Shown here: one piece after another, positions 13,610 to 26,766 of the stretch
How the letters are laid out: the number at the start of each line of letters is the position of its first letter
How positions within the stretch are numbered: the stretch's first letter is position 1
Source: Octopus vulgaris
Lineage: Eukaryota
Length of the DNA: 64,000 bases
Assembly (NCBI GenBank): GCA_951406725.2
Contig: OX597821.1
Span: 35,650,001 to 35,714,000, forward strand
Reading direction: 5' to 3'
Program-made: the position numbers and the translations under genes
The notes under the pieces: generated by a model
Databases searched by the model: none
What the model was told of the DNA's origin: nothing
Seen by the model: the letters and a program-made list of their open reading frames with translations, nothing else

Positions 13610-15483
13610 GTAAGTGTTATTTTGAAAAAAAAAATCTTTTGGTTATTGCGGATCGAATTAATGCAAGAATAAACCATCAATTATCCTTTAAACTAATTAC
13701 AAAACAAACCGTGTACACAGTAAACAGCTTCATATTCATGTTGAAAGCGTGAAACGATCATGGTTTCCACAAAAGGATTACTGACGTAAATGTAGTGAAA
13801 TAATTACATCTGGAAATCATAAGCTGGTCACGCCTAGAATATATGCAAATATTCTTAACGCGCTTGGCATTCGTTTGTGATAAAATGTAAAGGAAGTAGC
13901 GAAAAATTGCTATTGTTCTAGTGCTAAAAATATAAGCTATAAATAATGCAGAACGGTAAATTACTCACACATAACACAAGAATAAGTACGGATAATAGTA
14001 TGGTGATTGTATTTTACGTATAAAATTATTTTCTTTCTCTCTCTCTCTGTGTCTCTCTCTCTCTCTCTCCCAGCACGAATACGCACATTCATGTTTACGA
14101 GTTAGTTAATGGTATCTTGGAAAAGTAATATGGAATGAGCACATGAAAGAAAGATTTTCAAACGTCAAGATGACTAGACAATCGTATAAGGAACGTGGGT
14201 GGCATACATCATATAACCAGTTGAGATAGAATTTTGTTGTGGATTTGTGAAGAGACGCAGTAACTCGTGTCCGGCTGGAACCAGGCATCACTGTAAAGTG
14301 ATGATTCATGATTTAGAGGGAGAAGAAACAAATGCCTTATCACATAATGGCCAATGTGAGGCGAACATTTCAGCTAAGAATAAGGAAAAATTTGATCAGC
14401 AATGAGTAAAATACAAATAATTGGTGCATAGTTAGAGTGCATATATATTCAGAAATCTTTTTGTGGTGGCTCCACAGACGAAGAGGGAGGGTTTGCGTTA
14501 CAGTGGGAACCCCTACAGCATGGAGATTCCTTGGTAGCATCAATACTACTTGGCTTCTCTAAGAGGAGGAATAGTATCGAAAGTTGGTTCAATTGTTCTT
14601 AATTCCATTCGGTATATGACGGGAGTGCCCCGCAGAGCTTTGTGTATGGAACTTACTATATGGAAATGCATATACTCTTACTACTTTCCTAATAATTTTT
14701 GCAGTTTCTTGGGAAGTGTCACTTTCAATGAAACAACATTGAACAAAATCACGTTCAACGATATTTGCTGAAATATATGCAAAATCCAAGGTTGCTACCA
14801 TATAATGCTCGTCACAAAAACCCTGCATCTCAAACCAGTATTTAGTAGAAGACAATGGAATATATAGACTCTAATGCGTATTTGTAGCAACTGAACCCTT
14901 AAAAATGTCATGGATAGCTAATGCACACACACAAATTCACAAACATGCATACAAACTGTCACACAGTTGTACACACAAAACCACATGCATATGCATGCAC
15001 AGGTACACACACACACACACCCACGACCACATCGCTATCTCTCTTACCTTTTCTTCATAGCAAGCGCACATCTACATACAGGCTTACATACACACAAGCT
15101 TAATACCAATTCTCATACGGGCGTAACAAACAAGGAGGAGAGTCATATGTATATTCTTTGGAAGATTTGCACCCTAGTACTATTTTTTGTTATTTTTATA
15201 AAAGTTTATTTGCTTCACATTCATGTCCAATCAGATGTATCTCATCCTGGTTGAAGATTTATTGCAATGTATATCCTTCTTTTTCATTATATTTGCGATC
15301 AACCTGAAGAAGCACCAACAGTTTTTTGTCGTTATTTTAAAACTCATCTGTTATCTGCATGCCATAAGCGTTTGAGCTATTCTTTAAAAATAAAACACAA
15401 CTCAAATATAACTTGATGCAACTTGTTCGATTTCAGCAATCCAACTCGAATTTCTGTAATACTACAAATTCAGTTTCTAATAT

Positions 15484-15672
15484 TGATTTCAAATTTTGGC
15501 CAGTAATTTAGTGTGAGGAGGTAAGTTGATTACAACGACCTTAGTGTTCAATTCAATAGGATGAAATGTAAAATCCACCTCGGCGAAATTTAAACTCAGA
15601 ACGTAACAACTGACGAAATGTCGCTAAGCATTTTCGCTGGCGATCTAGCGATTCTGCCAGTTTGCCGCTTTC
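15484..15672 (-). mobile_element. SINE family D with 17-bp TSD
   Basis: head AAAGCGGCAAACTGGCAGAATCG on minus; TSD AATTCAGTTTCTAATAT at 15467-15483 and 15673-15689. Confidence 0.85.
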
Positions 15673-16408
15673 AATTCAGTTTCTAATATAATTCACCTTT
15701 GATTTTCGTGCATAAAAGCATCAGTCTTTACGCTGCATAATTTGCCGTCCTTAAAGCAGGGTTAAATCGAAGTATAAATGTTTGCAAAGCGAAAATCCAA
15801 AAGGTGTGCATTTACCACCCCGCATGTGAATAATAAAATAACATCTTAGCTTGCATCTGGTTGGTTTCGTAGCAATTTTACATACTCTCTACAGGTTACG
15901 CTTCTCCCCATTTATTACAATTTTCATTTCATACATTATCGAAAACAACCTGCAGTGAAACGTGGTAATAGAAATCGTTATATACAACAGAGAAATTAGA
16001 GCAGCATACGAGAATTGTAAGTGAATTAACAAACCCTACTTTAGATGTGTATTAAACTATTTTTGTTAAAAGTAGTCTTTCTATAATTTTTAGTGCATAT
16101 TTTACACTTTAAGTTTTGACGTATTCTTAAGGAGCGCAAGATTATTATGTAGACGGCTTTCATATAAAGATAGCATCGTCTCCTACGAACATAAAACATG
16201 ACAAGCTGCATGATTAGTAATTTTCTATATCTTTATGTAGTATTTAATTTTCATTTTAGTGAATGTAAGATAGCAATAGGTTGCAAGACGAAAAAAGAAA
16301 AATGAAACAAAACTTCATTACGAGAAGCGAACGTTTTGCTAATTTTCCTTTTTCTACATGCGATTTCTATCTAATTTCTCATGTGAGTGTGCATGTGTGT
16401 ATATATAT

Positions 16409-16489
<81 letters not shown>

Positions 16490-16497
16490 CATACATA

Positions 16498-16722
16498 CTC
16501 TTACTCTTTTACTCTTTTACTTGTTTTAGTCATTTCACTGTGGCCCTGCTGCAGCACTGCCTTTAGTCGACTAAATCGATCCCAGGACTTATTTTGTAAG
16601 CCTAGTACTTATTCTATCGGTTTCTTTTGCCGAACCGCTAAGTTACGGGGAAGTAAGCACACCCCCATCGGTTGTCAAGCCATGTTAGGGGGACAAACAC
16701 AGACACACAAACACGGACACAC

Positions 16723-16778
<56 letters not shown>

Positions 16779-16940
16779 GACGGGCTTCTTTCAGTTTCCG
16801 TCTAACAAATCCACTCACAAGGCTTTGTTCGGCCCGAGGCTATAGCCGAACACACTTGCCCAAGATGCCACGCTGTGGGACTGAACCCGGAACCATGTGG
16901 TTGGCAAGCAAGCTACTTACCACACAACCACTCCTACGCC
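16498..16940 (-). mobile_element. SINE family A, full length
   Basis: same structure as 12440-12880; accounts for the 230-aa ORF. Confidence 0.95.
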
Positions 16941-18926
16941 TATACATGCACACATATACACAGCTGCACCTCTTTCTATGGTCTCCATTGCATAATGCCA
17001 TTGACATTATTACGGAAAGGGACTTATCTTTTCAACACAATGCACAATGAGAAAATCTGTTGCCTATATAATACGTACATTGTTCTCTCGATTGGACGAC
17101 TTTGGATTCACATAATTCAAGTTTGCTTTTCATTCTTCAATTCCATTCTCCTGGAAGGAGAGAAAAATTAGATTAATTTGAACCATATTCGATGAGATTA
17201 CGTACGTTTATTCATTACTGTGTGTTAGCAGTAGAAGGCTCAAAGGAATATTGGAACATCAACATATAATTTTGGATTATTGTACCATTGTAACGATCGA
17301 GATATCACATCCATTTTTAAATGATGCATAAATCAGCTTGATGAATATATTTTTCAGTAGGCATTTGTTTTGTAGCATAGGAAAACTCCCCTTCTGTAAT
17401 TATCTAATTAGAATTTAATATATTGTTTCTAACATTATCTTGTTATATTGTTTAGTTGTATCTGACATGTCACAATACTTTCGTATAGTTTCTGATAACT
17501 AATGAGTATGATAACATGTTAACATCTTCCGCGACACTGCTTCACTAAGCGCGACATCAGAAATACTCCAGTTATCCTCAATATCGACAGGATTGTGTGT
17601 AACCAATGTACATGAGTAAGCAAGCAGAATTTAGCATTTTCCCTCGATACAGCAATCTTCCTAAAGTAAACTGATGCTAATGATATATAAATTGAGATTT
17701 GTTGTTAAGTCCATACCCTCATAATGCTATGATAAACAGCATTTTGTCATGACCTCAAAGTCCTTCTTGGAGTGATATTTTTGAATACCTTTCTCTTATC
17801 TATAACGATACGCTGAGAAATGAGAAGAATGTGACTGATCGTTAAAACGTGTTTAGAGAAATGGTATAGGCTTTGCGTTAATTGTGTGGTTTAAATCGTC
17901 ACAAGCAGTAGAAAAATAAAACTTACATTGAAATTTCTCTCAAAATTATTATACATGATATTGTGTCTAGGGAGAGTCATTACGGCAATATTGACATTGC
18001 CCTCGATGCTTCAATTCCACTCTTTTAATATTAGTCATTGGTTATATATCTATCTAATTACCTACTTGATCGTGTGCTTAATTTTTTAGTTAAACAGTCA
18101 ATAACGTTTGGCTTGTGAAAATACTTTTATTGCCACCGGCAACATTTTCGATGACTTCTTTTTTGGTATGTTCTATAAAGAACCTCGCTTACCAAATACA
18201 AAAACCCAAAATGCTATACATTGGCTCTATAACTTACGATTAGCCTTAAAAGTTAAACAGTACTTTCTCTCCCTTTCACGTGTTCCCCTCCTTGCTTTTC
18301 ATTCTCTGTTCTTCACTGTCAAACGTAAGGCAAGGCCTGAAATCTCTTTTTGTTTTCACTGCAAATAAATATACCTATTTCCCCTGGTGACGATTTACTA
18401 ATGACGGAGAACATCACGAATTTCTTTACATCCTCGCGTTCACTTCAGAGGTTGAGGACTGCTAATACTGATTGGCTACTTTTCATACCTAAATACTATT
18501 TTATTGCATTTCTCATCATAATCTCTATCTGACGACTTGGACTTCTGTATTGTATGTGATTTTCCGTGCGTATTTACACATATCAATGCTATGCTTTGCT
18601 TCTGACACACACACACGCACACACACATGTATATATATATGTATGCATATATACATATGTACTTAAATATATATATATGTATAAATATATACACATACGC
18701 GCACACGTACATATATATATACATGCATACACACACACACATATATATATACACATATGCATGTGTGTGCGTGTTTGAGAATATGTGTGTGTATATATAT
18801 ATATTAGATATTCATACATATAAATACATACATGCACATTTGTATATATATGTATGTTTGTATATACGTAGTTACGTCTATGTCTGTGTGTAAGTGTGTG
18901 TATGTGTTTGGGTATGTGTGTGTGTG

Positions 18927-18971
<45 letters not shown>

Positions 18972-19178
18972 AGTGCTTAGTTAAATATTTCAGCAACGAA
19001 TCATAAAATGAGACAAATGACTCTATACTCGGAAATTAATGTCTACCGTACAGCCATTCATAAAGCAAAAAGAGATGAATTTATAAATAAATAAAAAAAA
19101 TCGTCTTGGCCAAAAACGAACACAAGCAAAATTTCTCGATGAATATAACAGCGAAGAACAAATAAGAGAATTATGAAT

Positions 19179-19227
<49 letters not shown>

Positions 19228-19783
19228 ACCAATAATTATATAATATGTAATCATTGGCAATATAAAATGTTAAATCAAGTTGAAGTAAGTTGGAATAATG
19301 CCTTAGGAAGATTTGTGTTTGGTTCCTTGACTCATTGGTTGCTTGATGAAAATTCTGTCTATATTAGTGATTTGAATGATCTGGTGCTGGCAGTATTGAA
19401 TCGTTAGTATAATGTTTGTTGTCTTTCTACAAGGTGAGGCCTGTAACGGTTGTGATGAAACTGTTAGTATTCCTTAAGTGTGATGTAAGTTGTGATGGTA
19501 GGTGTAATTGTAGTAGCAATAGTAGTTTTGATTGTGTTGTTAGAGTGCTCGTGCAGTTTCATGTAGTAGTGTTAGAGTTGGCTTTAAGAATGGTGATGTT
19601 AGTACTGTTGTGTTACTGATTAAGCTGCTAACGGAGGTTCGAAACCTAACAGAATGAGAAATGAATGGAAGGTGACAAGAACAGTAGCAAGAACAGTGAC
19701 AACAATGACAAGAACATCTCCTCCCTCTTCTCCTCCTCCCCATCTTCCACCTCCTCCTTCATCTTTTTCTTTGTCTTCCCTCT

Positions 19784-19962
<179 letters not shown>

Positions 19963-20211
19963 TTTTCGTTTTTGGATTTGGTTTGCAAGATTCTTTATAT
20001 GAGTTTGTATGTTGAAGCATATTCTGTTGTGTCTGGGGAGAGTCATTCTCTTTTAGTGCCTTATTATTTAACACACTCAAGACTATTGAAAAGGTTGCAA
20101 AACGCAACGGAAATTTTAGAAAATAAAAACAAGAAATAAGTGGAAATTTTACCGGTGAGTGTGTTAAATAATAAGGCACTAAAAGAGAATGACTCTCCTC
20201 AGACACAACAG
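19963..20211. mobile_element. Penelope-like element with inverted partial copy (56-bp inverted repeat) and hammerhead motif
   Basis: arms 20024-20079 and 20156-20211 differ at one base; the spacer holds an HHR-like fold (20083-20119) and AATAAA. Confidence 0.65.
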
Positions 20212-20289
<78 letters not shown>

Positions 20290-20299
20290 CATTATTATT

Positions 20300-20491
20300 C
20301 AGTAGTTTTATTTTTATAGCGTGCTTTCACTTCACTACCGAGCGCAGCTCTGTGTGCCTTGGGTATGTGTTGTGATCTGTTGTGATGCTCTGATGGTTAT
20401 TGTATGGAAAGTGTTCTGCGTAGGATGTGTGCAGTGCCTAGTAGTGCAATTTTCTGTATGTTATATGTGTTTGTAAGTCCTGGTGTTTTTG

Positions 20492-20493
<2 letters not shown>
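20300..20493 (-). mobile_element. R4/Dong-like non-LTR retrotransposon, 3' end (family 1) in (TAA)n
   Basis: ORF end TPGLTNTYNIQKIALLGTAHILRRTLSIQ*, 3' UTR with AATAAA, both flanks (TTA)n. Confidence 0.8.
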
Positions 20494-20557
<64 letters not shown>

Positions 20558-20559
<2 letters not shown>

Positions 20560-21631
20560 ATTATTTTATGTCTAACTTTTGCTTTGCATTTGTACCAGTT
20601 GGCTCCAAGTCTCACCCAGAGACCTCAAGAGACAACAAGTTAGAAGTTTACGCTGGTGCTATAACTAAGGTGTCATATATTTGGTTTTGTACATTGTGTT
20701 GTTCTTGAGACTGTTTAAGACTCTATAAGAAAATTATGTGTTTGTTTTAAAATTTGGGATTACATAGACAGTCTTTTACGTAGGAAATGGGCAGTTCTCA
20801 TGAACACTATCTTTGCATTTCTGCCATTTTGGGGATTCCTGGTATCTGCGCTAGGTAGCAATTATCTCCTTTTGCTATCTCCTATGGCAACAGGTATTGT
20901 TTTAGTCTTCAGGTTCCACATTTTGCAAATTTCTTTTTCAAGATCTTTATACTTACTTGCTCAGTTTTGGTAGGTCTTGACAGATACGTTTATATCGATT
21001 GGGATAGTTATATCAATGAGGAGGAATCATGATTTTTGTCTGAAGATTTTCAATATGATGTCTGGCTTATTTGCATCTATCTTTCTGTCAGTTTGAATGG
21101 TGAAGTTCCAGAGTGAGATGTGATCATTTTCAAGCAATGGAGGTGGTTTGTGTTCCCACCAGTTTTTATTATGTGACAAGTCCAGGTTTTTGCAAATTAC
21201 CCAGTGAATATATTGTGCAGCTCTATCATTCCTGTTAAGATACTCTGTAGGCACAAAAAAACTGCACATGGAGACAACAAGATCAATGGTCTCATTTTGT
21301 TGTTGATATACACGACATATTGGGGAGCAGCCGTTCTTTAATATGTTGGCCCGGTAGTTCCTAGTAGGTAGGCATTAATCTTGGGCTGCTATGATAAGCC
21401 CTTCTGTTTCTGATTTTAAGTCAGAAGCCATTAGCCATTGATGGGTAAAGGTTCTGTCAACATCGCCACTATTCGCTCTCTTTGGGTATTTGCCATAGAG
21501 AGATTTTTCTTGCCAATTATCAGTCAGAATATCTAAGGCACGGGTTTTCATGTGCTCAGCTTTTTTCTGCGCTTGTTTCTAGCACGTCTAATTCTGGAAT
21601 TTGTTGTATTCGGAATTCACTTAGATATTCC

Positions 21632-21634
<3 letters not shown>
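20558..21634 (-). mobile_element. R4/Dong-like non-LTR retrotransposon (restriction-like endonuclease region), 5'-truncated pseudogene (family 2)
   Basis: WQEKSLYGKY..LKSETEGLIIAAQD..TRNY..CR..ETID..C zinc-knuckle region..IHW..WWEHKP..LWNFTIQTDRKIDANKPDII; 3' end abuts (TAA)n. Confidence 0.9.
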
Positions 21635-21668
<34 letters not shown>

Positions 21669-23168
21669 ACGACAATGACGACGATGACGATGATGATGAT
21701 GATGATGATAACGATAGTGAAGTCGGTCTTGGTGATGTTTGTGATGGTCGTTGTGGAAGCGATAGTGGTAATTTTGCTGCTCATCAATACAATTATAATG
21801 ATAACTCCTTGAAGCTGTTTAATTCCACCAGCCATTTTCAACAGGGTGATTCTATTTTCTTGCCGTTTATATCCGCTTAAACATAATCCGGCAAACAGAG
21901 TATGCTTTGGTTACACAACTGATGACAATGTGTGCAACTTACAGTCTGATTTTTTTTTCTCGTCTGTGAATTTGTTGTTGTTTCCTGGTTATTCTGCGTT
22001 GAGCAAACCTATACTATTCAAATTTACTCCAACTGTGACAATCTCGCCACAGTTTTAGCTATGGTAATGTATGATTTGAGGGCGATCTAACTGGTACCAT
22101 GTAGAGGCTTCCTCTTTGGCTCTTAATCTGAGAGACAGACATAAGCACCTGAGTGATATCGAAAAAGAATTTCTATCTTATGATGTCCGAGTTAAGTAAG
22201 TCTCAACTATTTGAATAAGGCGTCGTAAGCGGGGCCATTTAAGCACCTCCCTTCGTTGTCGCACAAATCGCTGCACTAAAGTGTTTTTATTGACGGCTTT
22301 TCACCATATACATAGATTAGATTTGGAGCTCTAGACCGTGAGGAACACCGGAAGGTTGTCCAGCCTGCCTATGCCTATTGTACTTACTTTTTGCAGTGGA
22401 GATGATTGCATATCGGTTGGGGTATATGCCTTATAGAATCCTATTGGGTTCAGACACACACTGGCGCACACTGCTTGTCATTTTACACTATTTTTCCAAA
22501 GCGGCACGATTCAACTTTGATCCACTTTCTGATACGTCGCTATTTTTAGCTTTATTTGGAAATTATATTAAAGATATTTTTGTCCAGTCAGTAATAATTT
22601 ATTACAAAATAAATTAAATTGGTTTTGCCGTATGTATTCTTAACTACTTTTATTCATATCAACGCGCAATTTTAGTAGCACAAATCACGGAAGCACTGTA
22701 ATTACAATGGAATTAAGTGATTTGTTACAGTAATTTGCTAATGCAGTTCAATAATGTAATGCATGAATTGAGAAAAGCCAGTAACGTAAAAGTCAACGAA
22801 CTGTTACTTCTCACTGAAATTTATTACATTATTCATAATTTATTGCTGATTTTCATCACACTATAGCTATAGCTGTATTACCAATTGCATTAAATATTCG
22901 GAACAAAGTTTTCAAGCAATCATTACATGAACGTGTTAATATTTTTAGATATCTGCTTCATAAATACAGTGTAAAATTACAATATTGATTAAAATTGACT
23001 TTAAGCTCGAAATATGTTGATAGTTTGTAAATATTTATTATAACGTAATAGGATTTGCATATATTACAGAATGCTTGAATGCATAATTGGAACACTGGCG
23101 GAGAGGCTGTAGTGCTGGCAATATTTTGTAAATCTTTACTTCTAGCTATACACGTTGATGGTGATGAT

Positions 23169-23343
23169 AAGCCATCTACTCGCGATACTAGAGGGCGCAC
23201 ACTCTTCTACCCTGATGTAATCTCCAGGGATACAGACATCCAGCAACAGGACCTCTGTAATGCTATGGTGGACCGTGAAGTCTGGCGTAGCATGGTGAAT
23301 TCCATTGTCTCGACCACGGTCGAACAATGATGATGATGATGAT
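23169..23343 (+). mobile_element. RTE-clade LINE, 3' end
   Basis: KPSTRDTRGRTL.YPDVISRDT..DL.NAMVDREVWRSMV..EQ* followed by a (GAT)n tail. Confidence 0.8.
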
Positions 23344-24142
23344 ATGACGGGCGTATATTTCTAATTTTATATCAGTGCTATCACGATATTAGAAAGATAG
23401 TAGTTTGATCTAAAGTTTTCAGTCACATAAAACTCTAACTAGTATATTGAGACATATTCGGGTTTATTTATTTATTTTTTTTATGCTAGTACATCAAGCA
23501 ATGTTTCCGATCTCACCGGTTTGATAAACTGAACTTGAAACTGGTTTCATCTGTTACTTAGCACCGGAAGGACGTCTAAATAAACTGTGTAGTAGTTTTA
23601 TAATAGATAGTTTTATTCCAAACTATGCTCATTATACAGTAGTTAATGATTAAAACTCTAAAAATCTTAGCTAATTGATAAAAATTTACCAGGAGAGAAA
23701 GTTCAACGACAGAAATAAACCTCATGTAAAGTTGAAATGATTAAATACGAATTCTTAGAGACGACACCAAGGTATACTACTTTAAGTAAGCATAAAAATA
23801 ACGCTGTAATAAAACTCAAATTTGCAACAAAATACCAAAGCTGATTTTCAAGTCAAAATAAAGGAAAATTAGAACCAGACTTACCAGAAGTTGTAGCTTG
23901 AGATGCAAATATCTGTAGCGTTGACCATTAAAAGAATTCTTTCATTATCAATTTCAGTTAATATGATAGTACATAAGGCAACATGAACGGAATATATAGA
24001 TGATATTACTCTATTGTTACCGAAGTGTGAGATGCAAGGCACATTTAACATTTCAAGTGATCGTTTAATTTCTATATAGTAAACGAGAAGATAAAATTAT
24101 ATGTGCGAGATTTAGTGCAAATCGGTGTAGAGTACTTAATAT

Positions 24143-24703
24143 TGGTTTCAAATTTTGTCACAAGATTAGTAATTTCTAGGGAGGATCTAAGTCAATTACA
24201 TCGACCCAAATTCCTCGGCGGAATTTGAGCTAAGTAAGTGTAGACGGGGGGAAATACTGCTAAGAAATTTTGCGCGACGTACTAAAAATTCTGCCAGCTC
24301 GCCGCCCTCTTTCTACTATAGGGACAAGGCCTGAAATTTGTGGGGAGGGGACTGGTCGATTACATCGACCTCAGACTTTCACTGGTACTTAATTTATCGT
24401 TCCCCAAAGGATGAAAGGCAAAGTAGACCTTGGCGAAATTTGAACTGCAAACCTAGCGACGGGCGAAATACTGCTAAGCTTTTATACCAGTGTGTTAACG
24501 TTTCTGCCAGCTCGCCGCCTAAAATCATTTCTACTATAGGCACGAAGTAAGAAACATTTGGGGAGCGAATAGTTGATTACATCGATCCCAGTGCTCAGCT
24601 GGTACTTATTTTATCGACCCCGAAAGGACGAACGGCAAAGAGGACCACGGTGGAATTTGAACTCAGAACGTAAAGATGGACGATTCTGCCAGCTCGCCGC
24701 CTT
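24143..24703 (-). mobile_element. three head-to-tail SINE family D copies
   Basis: CTGCCAGCTCGCCGCC at about 24292, 24504 and 24686; Nin-like TGGTACTTA.TTTATCG..CC..AAGGA.GAA.GGCAAAG in the second and third copies. Confidence 0.85.
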
Positions 24704-25131
24704 AATAATAACATCAATAATAATAACCATAGTAATAACAACTGATATGTACGCTTTAAGTTCATGAGTTTCATGTGTTTATTCTGTAGTTTTCTTATTT
24801 TTCTTTATAAATGGATATAGTCAGTTTTGGAGAAATAATGTTCCTGTGCCTACCGGTGTATTTACAATGTACCTATAGTATATTCTCATTTTTAATTTCG
24901 AGCCCTATAGTTTTAATACTATCTTATGGGCTTATGATTGCTTTGAATGCATGTTCTGTTCCGACTTATATATCGAACAATAAGAAAGGAAAAAAATGCA
25001 AATTGGTTCACTAATTTTAGAGGAACAATTTAACTTTTCATTAGATTATGTGAGCAGGAATATTGAATACTTCATAATGTATGACTCAAACTGTTACATT
25101 TTCAATATTAGCATATATATTTATACATGCA

Positions 25132-25187
<56 letters not shown>

Positions 25188-25949
25188 CAGTCATGTGCTT
25201 GTGTGTGTTTGTGCGAACGAGTATTGTCTGTATTCATGTGTATGTGTTGTTTGCGTAAGTGTGCGTCTGTGTATGTTAGTGTGTAATTCTGGTTTAGATA
25301 AAAAAAAATGATGCTGAAATACAGTAGACATTATATATTTCTATTGCCTAAGAGAAACTGCCGAGAATCATATACCGTTCGCTAAACAGAACCACTCAAT
25401 CATTTAGCTTTATTTGCCATTCTTCTGAATACATATTAATATATTCTGCATTTACTTATTAACAGGCCATCATATAAATAAGAAGTGGAATTTCTTATGT
25501 AATATAATATCGATACCAATGCTTAATCACGCGTAGTAATTTACTTCTCCTTAGTAATGATATAATTCACACTCCTGAATTATTTGATATCATTTAGAGA
25601 ATTCTCAAAATGTAGTTTTTCTTTCAAAATCTAGTGTTTCGACACAAACTACGCTTGAATCAAGTTTCCATGTCTGATAAAAACATATCGATATTCATTT
25701 GTTGTTTGTTTTACACTCCATGGTTGCAGAATTTATTTTGGACCCACAATCTCAAGCCCTACCAATCCGATGCCCTTATGTGGTCCAGGAGGAAGCTAAA
25801 CGCTCATGTCTTCCCTAGTCGAAATACCTCTTTAAATCCACACTACTCCAGAAGAGACTAGGGGCTTCATTCTCGTTAATCTCAGCATATCTGTCGATAA
25901 TTTTGTGCCTGTTTGAATATATTTCGAAGAGGCAATGTTATCATCAACA

Positions 25950-26345
25950 ACGTGGCTGTGTGGTAGGTAGCTTACTTACCAACCACATGGTCCTGGGTTC
26001 AGTCCCACTGCGTGGCACCTTGGACGAATGTCTTCTACTATAGCCTCGGGTTGACTAAAGCCTTGTGAGTGGATTTGGTAGACGGAAACTGGAAGAAGCC
26101 CGTCGTATATGTATGTATGTATGTGTGTGTATATGTTTGTGTGTCTGTGTATGTCCCCCAACATCGCTTTACAACCGATGCTTGTTTGTTTACGTCCCGT
26201 AAGCTAGCGGTTCGACAAAAGATCCCTATAGAATAAGTACTAGGTTTACAAAGAATAAGCTCTGGAGTCGACTTGCTCGACTAAATGTGATGCTCCAGCA
26301 TTAGCGTAGTCAAATGACTGAAACAAATAAAGGAATAAAAGAATA
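25950..26345 (+). mobile_element. SINE family A
   Basis: GTGGCTGTGTGGTA..GGGTTCAGTCCCACTGCGTGGCACCTTGG..GTCAAATGACTGAAACAA. Confidence 0.9.
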
Positions 26346-26560
26346 CTTGGCCAGGGATATCTGAAAGTTTTCCTGGTTGCCCCACGCACCCACTTCATAC
26401 ACCGACAGCAGACCAGCCTGTCGATTCTCGCCGGCGTCCAGAGCTCCATGTGAATATCATTGCTCAGTGTCTCTCATTATCACTTCATTTCGGACGGAAT
26501 ACCTTGCGTAATTTATTTGCAGACAAGTCGTGAGGTTTCCGTTAATCATCTCCTTATATA

Positions 26561-26766
26561 TAGATTTCAAATGTTGGTACAAGGCCAGAAGGGATGAATC
26601 TATTATATCAACCCCTGTGTTTAACTGGTACTTAATTTATCGAACCCCATAGGAAGAGCAGCAAAATCGACCTCGACGGAATTTGATCTCAGAAATGTGA
26701 AGACGTTCGAAATAGTGCTAAGCATTTTTCCTGGCATGCTAATGGTTCTTCCGGGTTACCACCTTA
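26561..26766 (-). mobile_element. SINE family D with 13-bp TSD
   Basis: TSD ATCTCCTTATATA at 26548-26560 and 26767-26779. Confidence 0.85.

Noticed and set aside
15296-15395. CTGAAGAAGCA hammerhead-like start followed by AATAAA
   Set aside because: No GAAA half-core or convincing stems in this copy
16358-17050. 230-aa ORF and recurring RRASFSFRLPNPLTR..GYSRRHLPK peptides
   Set aside because: Antisense reading of SINE family A, repeated in every copy
23885-23922. Minus-strand short exon candidate ending G|GTAAGT
   Set aside because: Poor polypyrimidine tract, isolated, expected by chance
24143-24703. Regularly recurring CTGCCAGCTCGCCGCC resembling an array
   Set aside because: Tandem SINE heads in eukaryotic DNA, not CRISPR
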